Assembly (NCBI GenBank): GCA_963832835.1
Contig: CAWHVD010000001.1
Span: forward strand, 1,160,536 to 1,224,535
DNA length: 64,000 nucleotides
Source: an uncultured Chlamydiales bacterium
GTDB taxonomy: Bacteria; Chlamydiota; Chlamydiia; Chlamydiales; JAAKFR01
Direction of reading: 5' to 3'
Below the pieces are notes generated by a model. It had not been told where the DNA came from, did no database searches, and saw only the letters and a list, made by a program, of their open reading frames with translations. Both the position numbers and the translations under genes were made by a program. Below, piece after piece: positions 53,989 through 62,581 of the stretch. How positions within the stretch are numbered: the first letter of the stretch is position 1; each line of letters opens with the position of its first letter.

Positions 53989-55404
53989 GTGCTAGTGCAA
54001 ATAATGAAAAAGTATCTTTGCGATCAGATGTGTGCGCAATTAGGTCGATGGTTGCGGGCAGCAGGATATGATACGGTTATCATAGATACTCCTTTAAAGG
54101 ATCAAGATATCCTTAAAAAGTCTATTGCAGAAAAACGACTTCTCCTCACACGGGATAGATATTTTAATGAAATGGATCCAGAAGGAAAAACAGTCATCTA
54201 TTTACACGGTGAATTTCTTGATGATTGGGTAGAACAGTTAGGGGAAGAAGGTGTTGATTGGTTATTTTGTCCTTTTACAAGGTGCCTTCGATGCAATGCC
54301 CTATTTGAAAAAAATCATGCTCCCGTTGATTTACTCGCTCAGATTCCTGAGGGAACAAAAGAGTTTTGGTTTTGTGCCAACTGCAAACAATTCTTTTGGT
54401 TGGGATCTCATACAGAGAGAATGGAAAGTCAACTCAAAGAATGGAATGATAAAACATATTTGACAATTGGTCTTGGAGGTGACCTTATGATAGGCCGCCT
54501 TGTCGATGACTATTTAGATAACGCACCTCCTTCCTACGTCTGGGGAAACTTATTGCCGGTCCTTTTGAATACAGATTTTAATCTTGTCAATTTGGAAACC
54601 ACTTTAACATGTAGTGAGAAAATTCTTCCTAAAATATTCAATTTTAAAGCCAGTCCAAACAAAATTGCAGTGCTTACAGAAGGGGCCATCCACGCTGTGA
54701 ATGTGGCCAATAATCATATTCTCGATTTTTCAGAGGAGGGGCTTCTTGAGACACTTCAAGTGCTCGATCGAGCAAAAATCCTTCATGTAGGGGCGGGCAT
54801 TGATCTAAAAGAGGCAAAAGCTCCTAGTATCATTGAAAAAAAAGGGATCAAAATAGGTTTTTTGGGATGTACGGATAACGAGCCTTCTTGGAAAGCTTCG
54901 GCATCGCATCCAGGAACCTATTTTGTAGAAGTTGGTAATCTTGAATCATTGCACAATGAGATCATCAAACTACGCAAGCAAGTAGATCTTCTGATATTGT
55001 CTATCCATTGGGGACCGAATATGCGTAAAAAACCAATGCCCTATTTTCGCGCCTTTGCCCATGAATTAATGAATCTCGGAGTGGATATTCTGCACGGTCA
55101 TAGTGCACATGTTTTTCAAGGAGTTGAGATTTATAAAGGAAAATTGATCCTTTATGATACAGGAGATTTAGTTGATGATTATGCAATCGATCCTCTCCTA
55201 CGCAATGACAGGTCATTCTTCTTTGTTGTAAAAGCAAACAAAAAAAAACTGATTTTATTGAAGATGATCCCAACACTCATCTCCCATTTTCAAGTAAATA
55301 TTTCTAAGGACAATGAACACCTGGCTGAAATGGAAGCACTGTGCAAAGAATTGAAGACCTACCCAATGCGCAAAGAGCACACTCTGAGTTTGGATTTATC
55401 TTGA
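53989..55404 (+). CDS. fusion protein: Mut7-C (DUF82) RNase-like domain plus CapA/PGA_cap metallophosphatase-like domain
   Basis: The N-terminal LCDQMCAQLGRWLRAAGYDT plus the zinc ribbon CLRCN...CANCKQFFWLGSH match Mut7-C. The C-terminal GGDLMIGR, NLETTLT, VANNHILDF, SIHWGPN and GHSAHVFQG match the CapA family. Confidence 0.7.
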   Translation: MLVQIMKKYLCDQMCAQLGRWLRAAGYDTVIIDTPLKDQDILKKSIAEKRLLLTRDRYFNEMDPEGKTVIYLHGEFLDDWVEQLGEEGVDWLFCPFTRCLRCNALFEKNHAPVDLLAQIPEGTKEFWFCANCKQFFWLGSHTERMESQLKEWNDKTYLTIGLGGDLMIGRLVDDYLDNAPPSYVWGNLLPVLLNTDFNLVNLETTLTCSEKILPKIFNFKASPNKIAVLTEGAIHAVNVANNHILDFSEEGLLETLQVLDRAKILHVGAGIDLKEAKAPSIIEKKGIKIGFLGCTDNEPSWKASASHPGTYFVEVGNLESLHNEIIKLRKQVDLLILSIHWGPNMRKKPMPYFRAFAHELMNLGVDILHGHSAHVFQGVEIYKGKLILYDTGDLVDDYAIDPLLRNDRSFFFVVKANKKKLILLKMIPTLISHFQVNISKDNEHLAEMEALCKELKTYPMRKEHTLSLDLS

Positions 55405-55498
55405 AGTGGAAGGACGCATTCAGAACTTTTGATTGGGAAAAATTTAAAAGTCATTTAAATTGAATGGTTGAAGAATCCGAAAATAAAAGGGTAGTATC

Positions 55499-55936
55499 AT
55501 GGCGATTATAGAAAAAATAAATGAGGGGATCAAGGAAGCAATAAGAAGCCGAGATCAGATTAGGCTCTCTACATTGCGTATGCTCAAATCAAAAATATTA
55601 GTCGTGGATGCACGTGCCAATCTTCCCGATGCAGAAGTCATAAAACTATTCAAAACGTATTTCGGCAGCCTTCAAGAAGCTCTTGAGCAGGCGCAGGATC
55701 TGAATCGTCCTGATATCGCCGAGCCCTTGAAAAAGGAACTTGTGATCATTCAAGAGTTTTTACCTAAAGCTCTTTCTTCCGAAGAAACTAAGCAAATTGT
55801 TGTCCAAGCTATTTCAGAATCAGGAGCTAAGACAAAAAAAGATTTAGGATTGGTCATGAAAGCCGTCATGAAATTGAATAGTGCTGTTGATGGAAAGTTA
55901 GCCAAAGATTTAGCTAGTGAATTGCTAACAGATTGA
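55499..55936 (+). CDS. GatB/YqeY-domain protein
   Basis: INEGIKEAIRSRDQIRLSTLRMLKS...GLVMKAVM is typical of the YqeY family. Confidence 0.85.
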   Translation: MAIIEKINEGIKEAIRSRDQIRLSTLRMLKSKILVVDARANLPDAEVIKLFKTYFGSLQEALEQAQDLNRPDIAEPLKKELVIIQEFLPKALSSEETKQIVVQAISESGAKTKKDLGLVMKAVMKLNSAVDGKLAKDLASELLTD

Positions 55937-55956
55937 TGATACCAAATCATAAATAA

Positions 55957-56117
55957 TACCATTTATCAAAAATAAAGCCATGAAGTGGCACTGTATAACA
56001 CGCCATTTTTGAACGATCCTTTCTCGCTTAGGTGCAAAAACATAGGCTTCGAAATGATCCTTCAAATCTATCATGTTACCCAGTGCCACTTCATGGCTTT
56101 ATTTTTGATAAATGGTA
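55957..56117 (-). mobile_element. MITE copy H (161 bp, same sub-family as copy A)
   Basis: The TIRs carry TTTATCAAAAATAAAG. TAA duplications lie at 55954-55956 and 56118-56120. Confidence 0.9.
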
Positions 56118-56346
56118 TAACTTTGGATTTTTCTTGAAAAGCATCGATCATAAATCGATCAGGTGAGCAAACCGCTATCCACAAATCTTTTTTGCCACAA
56201 GATAAATTAATTTTGACAGATATTATCCAACCACAGTAAACTGCGGTCTTAATATTATTTTTTTGATGGTGTCATCAGTTGAATCGCAATTGGTGGAGCT
56301 ATTCAGCCAAAATAGATAAAAACAGAAGGGATGAAATGAGAAGTCT

Positions 56347-57219
56347 ATGAAATTTTCTTTATCAAAATTAGCTTTGAAAGTTTTCCAATTCGTAATTGGA
56401 ATAGGTGCGTCAACACCTCTTTTTTCTAACCCCTGCCGTCCATTCGACGGGTTTTACACAGGCGCCATGGGAGGGTTTTTACAATCGGCAACCGAATTCA
56501 CTACAGAGAGCAGCGCTCAACATGAAAACTTTTTCCACGAACCTGGTCTTATCTCCTCTAGGCAAAAAGATGCGAAAGTGTATCGCTGTCATGGAGAAGG
56601 AGCTCTCAATTTCGGCTACGGCCAACAAATTAGAAAATGCATGTTCCTTGCAGGAGAGATCTTCTTAAGTTGGGCCAACCGCGATACGTTGATAAGGAAT
56701 TTTGCATACACCGAGCAAGGATTCCCTGATCAATTAGGTAGTTTCAACGCATCCTTAACATCCAAAACTTTCGCTTCAATGCGAACAACTGAATTTGCTA
56801 TCGATTTGCGTCCCGGATTCATCTTTGATTGTCGTACGCTATTGTTCGGCCGTATCGGTGTCGGCTTAAATAAGTTGCGCACAAGACACACGGTGGACTT
56901 CGAATATTTCAGCGATGCTATTGAAGAACATTCAATCGACAGCCTTTCCGCGGCCAAAAAAGACTATAAAGCAGTGCTAAGGTTGGGTGTAGGGGGTGAA
57001 TGGAAAATCTGTTCTAATTTGAGTCTTACTTCAGATTACATTTTTTCCTATTACGGAAGAAGCAAAACACACAAGATCGGCGATTCGACTTTTGCAAACG
57101 GCGAAGACGATAACGTGATCCCAAATGGCTTCAAGATATCTTCTTCAGCAAGAACATGTACTCAAGCATTCATGATCGGCATCAAGTATTACTTCAATAA
57201 AGCCAATCGTAGTCGCTGA
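56347..57219 (+). CDS. outer-membrane beta-barrel protein (OmpA-like/OMP_b-brl family, Cys-containing)
   Basis: It has a signal peptide and FDGFYTGAMGG at the start of the barrel. Amphipathic strands alternate. The terminal strand IGIKYYF is followed by a short tail. Eight Cys residues are present. Confidence 0.7.
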   Translation: MKFSLSKLALKVFQFVIGIGASTPLFSNPCRPFDGFYTGAMGGFLQSATEFTTESSAQHENFFHEPGLISSRQKDAKVYRCHGEGALNFGYGQQIRKCMFLAGEIFLSWANRDTLIRNFAYTEQGFPDQLGSFNASLTSKTFASMRTTEFAIDLRPGFIFDCRTLLFGRIGVGLNKLRTRHTVDFEYFSDAIEEHSIDSLSAAKKDYKAVLRLGVGGEWKICSNLSLTSDYIFSYYGRSKTHKIGDSTFANGEDDNVIPNGFKISSSARTCTQAFMIGIKYYFNKANRSR

Positions 57220-57232
57220 GAAAATATGCCAC

Positions 57233-57275
57233 AACGAAGCTAGCCGAAATTCGGCTAGCTTCCGTTGTCTTTCTA
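57233..57275 (+). terminator. rho-independent terminator after the OMP gene
   Basis: A 13-bp perfect stem GAAGCTAGCCGAA/TTCGGCTAGCTTC is extended by CAAC/GTTG, then TCTTTCT. Confidence 0.65.
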
Positions 57276-57300
57276 TTAACCTGTATGAATCCGGTAAAAT

Positions 57301-58116
57301 ATGGAGCATTGGGACAATCAAGCCCGGCAGTGGGCATTGGTCGGAGAACCATTAAAGCCTTCACAGGCAGAACTCCAGAATTCCTATTCCTGGATTCATG
57401 AACATGCGCAGCTTCAGAATGATTATTTAACCGCATTGGTTCTGGGCGTTACACCGGAGATCATCAACCTCTCTTGGCCCGCTCAAACCAGACTAATAGC
57501 GGTCGATTACAATGAGACAATGATCAAATCTGTCTTGCCTAAAAAAACTGCGACTCTTGCTCCCATCGGATTATTGGCAAATTGGTTGCAGCTTCCGCTG
57601 CCATCCTCCTCAGTCGACATCGTCATCGGAGATGGGTGCTACAGCCAAGTTCGTTGGAAAGATTACGAAGCGCTTACACAGGAAATTCGGCGGGTTTTGA
57701 AGCCGAATGGTATCTTTATTATCCGTTTTTTTACCAAACCAGAAAACATTGATCCCGTCGAGTCCATTTACCGCGATGTGTTCTCAGGAGAGATCGCAAG
57801 CTTTCACGCTTTCAAATTCCGTCTTGCAATTGCCCTGCAATCTGATCCTCGTCAAGGTGTGTGTTTAAAAGACATCTGGAGCACTTGGGATTCGAGTTTC
57901 AAACAAGAGGTTCTGCAGAATATGCAGAAATTAAAATGGAATCTTGAAACAATCAGCACTATCGATATCTACCGTCTCTCAAACACTATTTATACGTTCC
58001 CCACACAAATTGAGATCAGATCCATCTTTTCCAAGCATTTACTTGAAAAGGAGTTACATATACCTTGTTATTATTTCGGTCAGTGTTACCCAACCTTCAA
58101 ACTCTCAAAAATATAA
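57301..58116 (+). CDS. class I SAM-dependent methyltransferase (271 aa)
   Basis: The order of Rossmann-like motifs is ALVLGVTPE, LIAVDYN, VDIVIGDGCY and LKPNGIFIIRF. The stop overlaps the start of the next gene (TAATG). Confidence 0.6.
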   Translation: MEHWDNQARQWALVGEPLKPSQAELQNSYSWIHEHAQLQNDYLTALVLGVTPEIINLSWPAQTRLIAVDYNETMIKSVLPKKTATLAPIGLLANWLQLPLPSSSVDIVIGDGCYSQVRWKDYEALTQEIRRVLKPNGIFIIRFFTKPENIDPVESIYRDVFSGEIASFHAFKFRLAIALQSDPRQGVCLKDIWSTWDSSFKQEVLQNMQKLKWNLETISTIDIYRLSNTIYTFPTQIEIRSIFSKHLLEKELHIPCYYFGQCYPTFKLSKI

Positions 58117-60080
58117 TGGAAAATTCAAGCGACATAAAATCTTATACTCTACTTACTTTGGTTGACAGGCCTTGCGTTTATCAGGGATACATCAAAGGAT
58201 TCCGTCAACCCATCGGATGTTTAAGTCTGCAAGTCCAATCTTTTCAACTATCTCATGTTGAGCCTTTGCAAAAATTTTTGGAGGTGTATTTTAACAGATA
58301 TTTCCTTCACTGCAATCCAATTCGTTTCCCTAAAGATCTGATTGCATGTTTAGGAGAAGCGATCATCGCAATTCAACAAGCTGCCGGGCTCCCGATTTTT
58401 GAACCGATCCGTATCGAAGCACTACCCGAAGAAGATCACGCCTTCAAGCTTTGGATCCCTTGTTTACAGGAAGAGTGCTTTCATCAAGTAGTAGCTTTCA
58501 TGCTGCAATTTTTCTTGCATCATCTTGCCGCCCCCTTTTCTTCCTACCAAATCGAGATCTCCGACGAGATCGTAGAGTTGATAAACAGTTTAAAAAGTTT
58601 TGCCCCGAAGGGGCTGAACAGCTTACGGATATTGGAGATTGCCCATCAGCATGAAATTCCTTGGCATCACCTGGCTCAAAATACGTTCCAGTTAGGGTAC
58701 GGCTGCCATTCCCGATGGTTTGACAGCACACTGACTGACAAAACCCCCCAAGTTGCAACCTCGATAGCTAGAAACAAATATAGTACCGCGAAATTCCTTA
58801 AAAAAATGGGAATTCCAGTTCCCCGGCAGGAAGTCGTTCAGTGCGAGGCAGAGGCTGTGGAAAAGGCATGGGAGCTGGGGTATCCCGTTGTGATCAAGCC
58901 CCTCAACGAAGACGGGGGTAGGGGTGTTAGCGCAGGACTGATGACAGACGAACAGGTCAAAAAAGCCTTTGCTGCGGCTCAGCAGTATTCTGAGATTGTC
59001 CTCTTGGAACAGCACATCGTCGGCAAAGATTACCGTTTGCTGGTGTTTAACGGGACATTAGTGTGGGCAATTGAAAGGATCCCTGCCGGAGTAAAAGGCG
59101 ACGGAGTGAGCACCATCAACCAGTTGATTGATCAAACCAATCGAACGCGCGTGCCACACACCGCTCAAACGCCGACACTCAAGCCCATCGCGGTCGATGT
59201 GGACACGCATGAATTCCTGTCGGATCAAGGATACACCATCAATAGCATCCCGGAAAAGGGCCGATTTGTCCAGTTAAGCCGGATCTCTAATATCAGTTCG
59301 GGAGGAATTCCAGTGCCGGTCTTTGACGAGGTGCATCCTGATAACAAACGCTTGGCGGAAACAGCAGCAGATTTATTAAAGCTAGATATTGCCGGCATCG
59401 ATCTCATCATGCCCGATATTCGGCAATCCTACCTTACAACTGGGGGGACAGTCATCGAAATCAATGCTCAGCCTCAGATCGGCACAGTTACAGCAGCGCA
59501 TATGTACCCTCTCATTTTGAAGATGTTTATCCCTAATCGAGGCCGCATTCCTATCATTGTGATCTGCAGCGATAAGGCAGAAGGCACGATGATCCTGAAA
59601 TTACATTCTTATCTATCTCGCCGTTATAAGAAGATAGGGTGGGCGAGCAATTCAACGGCATATATCAATAAAAAGAGGATGCATACTGCTTCTTCATTAT
59701 ATCAAGCTGCTCAAACGCTATTAATTAACCAAACAGTTGATGCGATGATCTACAGCATTCAAAAGATGGACGACATCAAGCATGAAGGACTCCCTTTTGA
59801 TCAATTCAATTGTTTGATTTTTCTTGGAATGCCGCAATCGTTGAATCATCAAAACTGCGATGAGCAATGCGACATCGTCCAGACTCTTTTTTCCGCTTGC
59901 CAGGGAGATCGGCTTGTCAATGATCCTTCATTTTATGATTTGATCAATAGGGATGCTCCCTTAGCTCCCCCTCAGCTTTTGACCGGAGAAGAGATTGAAG
60001 ATAAAATCGAAGATGGACTCCTTCTGCTAGAAGAAGATTCAAAACTGTTTTTGTGCCGTGAGGCACTCAAAAGTTACTGA
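58116..60080 (+). CDS. cyanophycin-synthetase-like ATP-grasp enzyme lacking the Mur-ligase domain
   Basis: The central region KFLKKMGIPVP...YPVVIKPLNEDGGRGV...HIVGKDYRLLVFNGTLVWAIERIPAGVKGDGVSTINQLID resembles the CphA ATP-grasp (G) domain and its preceding N domain. No Mur-ligase P-loop region follows. Confidence 0.65.
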   Translation: MENSSDIKSYTLLTLVDRPCVYQGYIKGFRQPIGCLSLQVQSFQLSHVEPLQKFLEVYFNRYFLHCNPIRFPKDLIACLGEAIIAIQQAAGLPIFEPIRIEALPEEDHAFKLWIPCLQEECFHQVVAFMLQFFLHHLAAPFSSYQIEISDEIVELINSLKSFAPKGLNSLRILEIAHQHEIPWHHLAQNTFQLGYGCHSRWFDSTLTDKTPQVATSIARNKYSTAKFLKKMGIPVPRQEVVQCEAEAVEKAWELGYPVVIKPLNEDGGRGVSAGLMTDEQVKKAFAAAQQYSEIVLLEQHIVGKDYRLLVFNGTLVWAIERIPAGVKGDGVSTINQLIDQTNRTRVPHTAQTPTLKPIAVDVDTHEFLSDQGYTINSIPEKGRFVQLSRISNISSGGIPVPVFDEVHPDNKRLAETAADLLKLDIAGIDLIMPDIRQSYLTTGGTVIEINAQPQIGTVTAAHMYPLILKMFIPNRGRIPIIVICSDKAEGTMILKLHSYLSRRYKKIGWASNSTAYINKKRMHTASSLYQAAQTLLINQTVDAMIYSIQKMDDIKHEGLPFDQFNCLIFLGMPQSLNHQNCDEQCDIVQTLFSACQGDRLVNDPSFYDLINRDAPLAPPQLLTGEEIEDKIEDGLLLLEEDSKLFLCREALKSY

Positions 60081-60227
60081 AAAATATCCCAGGCATGATT
60101 GAGTGGTACCTATCACCTTTTCATTCAAAAGGGCTACCCAGTAATTACCTTATCATCGCTCTATAGAGCCTCAACTTTTTATACTGCTGATGTTGGCTTC
60201 GTTTGCATCGGTATCAGCAGCGCTTTA

Positions 60228-60388
60228 TACTACTTCCAGAAAATAAAGCCATGAAGTGGTACTGGGTAACATGACAGATTTGGATGATCATTTCGAATCC
60301 TATGTTTTTGCATCTAAGAGAGAAAGGATCGTTCAAAAATGGCGTTTTATACAGTGCCAATTTGTGACTTTATTTTCTGGAGATGGTA
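60228..60388 (+). mobile_element. MITE copy I (161 bp, most diverged TIRs)
   Basis: The ends are TACTACTTCCAGAAAATAAAG...CTTTATTTTCTGGAGATGGTA. TTA duplications lie at 60225-60227 and 60389-60391. Confidence 0.85.
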
Positions 60389-60728
60389 TTATCCTAAAAA
60401 CGGCAGTTGGAGCGCTTATTTTAAAGAAATGCAGGCGTATTTTTTACTTGAGCTCCTTTTATTCTTAAATTATTGAAAATTAAAGCGTTGGTAAGGGGTG
60501 GTTTTTTGTTAGCGGATTTTTGATCGATCATTTCTTGTGTGGTCACTTTTTCGAGGAGGTATTAGGCTACTTTCTTTTTTTTGAGTTAACGGCTTTTTTA
60601 TCAATAATAAATATATGGATTATACTTAAAAAATTAACTATAATCGTAAACATGGCACTATTCAGTTAGTTAGTTATTTAATAAGTGCTGTAAAACAATA
60701 AATCACTTGAAAGAGTGAGGAGGGTTTT

Positions 60729-61031
60729 ATGACTTGCCTTAAACGTACTTTCTTATTCGGGCTACTCTGTGCTCTTGCCGTAGTTCCTTTTACTGTTGGA
60801 ACTGCTTCAGCGAACGATAGAGCTTCAAGCTCCGTCCAATCTAGCGAATTAGCTTGGGGTGGACACCACGGCTGGGGTGGCGGCGGACACTGGGGCGGAC
60901 ATGGTTGGGGTGGTTACGGTGGTTGGGGTGGCTATAGAGGCTACAACTACGGCTATAGTCCTTACTATTATAGTAGCTACTATCCATACAACTACTACAG
61001 TCCTTACTACTACAGCTATTACGGATACTAA
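60729..61031 (+). CDS. secreted low-complexity Gly/Trp/His then Tyr-rich protein (100 aa)
   Basis: The signal peptide is MTCLKRTFLFGLLCALAVVPFTVGTASA. Then comes WGGHHGWGGGGHWGGHGWGGYGGWGGYRGYNYGYSPYYYSSYYPYNYYSPYYYSYYGY. A GAGGAGGG RBS precedes the gene and a strong terminator follows. Confidence 0.65.
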   Translation: MTCLKRTFLFGLLCALAVVPFTVGTASANDRASSSVQSSELAWGGHHGWGGGGHWGGHGWGGYGGWGGYRGYNYGYSPYYYSSYYPYNYYSPYYYSYYGY

Positions 61032-61048
61032 GAGTCCGTAAAGAGTTT

Positions 61049-61076
61049 GGGGCGGCCTTGGCCGCCCCTTTTTTTT
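61049..61076 (+). terminator. rho-independent terminator
   Basis: GGGGCGGCC-tt-GGCCGCCCC is followed by eight T residues. Confidence 0.85.
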
Positions 61077-61112
61077 GTCAAAGTTAGAGGGGGGTGCAAT
61101 TCCCTCGTTAGA

Positions 61113-62441
61113 TTAGTAAAAATAGGGAAGGATCTTATAAGGGACTTTTTGGCAATGGCGTTGCCAACCCTCGCCATATTTTAGGCCACACCGTTCATCA
61201 TCGCGCAGCGCCCTATCGATGAGCAGAATGGTGAGAAAGCAGACGTAAAAGTAGGGGAGGAAGTTGACAAATAGGGCAGGTAGGCTCCAACAGAGAGCTC
61301 CAATGATTTCGGGAATATAGTGAAAATGGCGCGCAAGGCCCCACCATCCTGATGCGAGCAAGAGGTTTTCTTTGACCATTCCCTCAGTTGTTTTGTACTT
61401 GACCGGTGTATATTGAGGCTTTTTCCCCCAGATGGTGCACTTGCCCGAAGATAAGCGGAATGCAAAGCGTTGCTGGTCGGCCCAGTAATTGATCAAGATC
61501 GCAGAACCTCCAACGATGAGCAATAGCGCTGCAAGAGGAAGGCCTAGGTGAATCGGATGGTGCACCAGATACATGGTGGGAGAAGTGTAAATGCATGGCA
61601 CCCACACCAAGCAACCCCAGCAGATATAAAAACCTGCTCTATCGTGCATAATATCGAGCGAACGGAGATATCCAGTCTCCCAGAAATAGAATTTGGTGAG
61701 ATAGATAAATTGAAGCGCTATAGATACAACCATCGAATCGCTTAAACCATAGAGCTCTTTTTGTTTGGCTGCGTAAGAAATCAGAAGGAGTCCCCATCCC
61801 ATCATACCAAAGCGACAGTTGGTAAACATTTTCAAATCCCAGCCTAAAACACGAGGGTAGAGCTCAGTGCCCCAGTAGTAGTCAAAAATGAAATTTCCTG
61901 TAAGACCCTGGTCATTAGATGAGGGGGCCAGTCGCCCTTTGAAATAGAGGAATAAACAATAGAGCAGGCTAAAACAGTTAAGTGCACCTAAGATTCCGCC
62001 AAGATTGTCATAAAGAATGGTAGCAGAAAACAAACCGAGAGAAGAAAAGCCGATAAAAAGAATCATTGTCGTGAGGTAGGCACTGACACCGTTTGCTTTA
62101 TAGACCGGTATGTTGCCATGGGGCGAGGGAGGCCCCTTAAAGGTAGTACCTGGCAGTACTTTCATAAAAAAGAGCTGAACTGCAGCAAAAAGGGCAATGA
62201 TCAACCACGCAAGAGGTGTACCAAAAAAATAGGGGCTCCAAATCTCGTACAGAAACGTGAAGAATCCTTGAGTAGAAACTTTCTGCCAAAAGGTTGAAAA
62301 AGAGCCTTGTAACACTGTATTTGTGTACCAAAAAATCATCACGGCCGGCGGACAACAGGCGATTAAAAACAAAGGCCCTAGAGTTTGACGTAATTTTCTC
62401 AACATAATGGATCTCCTATGCATTTGATTTTGAGATATCAT
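61113..62441 (-). CDS. ERG4/ERG24-family sterol reductase (7-dehydrocholesterol-reductase-like)
   Basis: It is polytopic (8-10 TM). The C-terminal signature is GLARHFHYIPEI...LIDRALRDDERCGLKYGEGWQRHCQKVPYKILPYFY. Confidence 0.8.
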   Translation of the reverse strand: MISQNQMHRRSIMLRKLRQTLGPLFLIACCPPAVMIFWYTNTVLQGSFSTFWQKVSTQGFFTFLYEIWSPYFFGTPLAWLIIALFAAVQLFFMKVLPGTTFKGPPSPHGNIPVYKANGVSAYLTTMILFIGFSSLGLFSATILYDNLGGILGALNCFSLLYCLFLYFKGRLAPSSNDQGLTGNFIFDYYWGTELYPRVLGWDLKMFTNCRFGMMGWGLLLISYAAKQKELYGLSDSMVVSIALQFIYLTKFYFWETGYLRSLDIMHDRAGFYICWGCLVWVPCIYTSPTMYLVHHPIHLGLPLAALLLIVGGSAILINYWADQQRFAFRLSSGKCTIWGKKPQYTPVKYKTTEGMVKENLLLASGWWGLARHFHYIPEIIGALCWSLPALFVNFLPYFYVCFLTILLIDRALRDDERCGLKYGEGWQRHCQKVPYKILPYFY

Positions 62442-62581
62442 GTCTTACGATTATTAGTCTTGCAAAAACTACCTTGCTACGCATTTGTTCAATAATAACC
62501 AACTAAACATTCGTTATTTAGTTTAATTATTTTTAATATTTTAAATATGTTATAGTAATAAAAATTACATACATATTTAAA

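Noticed and set aside
3620-60388. Possibility that the recurring 160-bp repeats form a CRISPR array or CRISPR remnants
   Set aside because: Copies are kilobases apart and occur in both orientations. Each has terminal inverted repeats and target-site duplications. No short regular spacers or cas genes are present.
60859-61041. Alternative frame of the Gly/Tyr-rich gene (MDTTAGVAADTGADMVGVVTVVGV...)
   Set aside because: It has no signal peptide or RBS. The frame with the signal peptide and GAGGAGGG RBS is preferred, although low-complexity DNA keeps both frames open.
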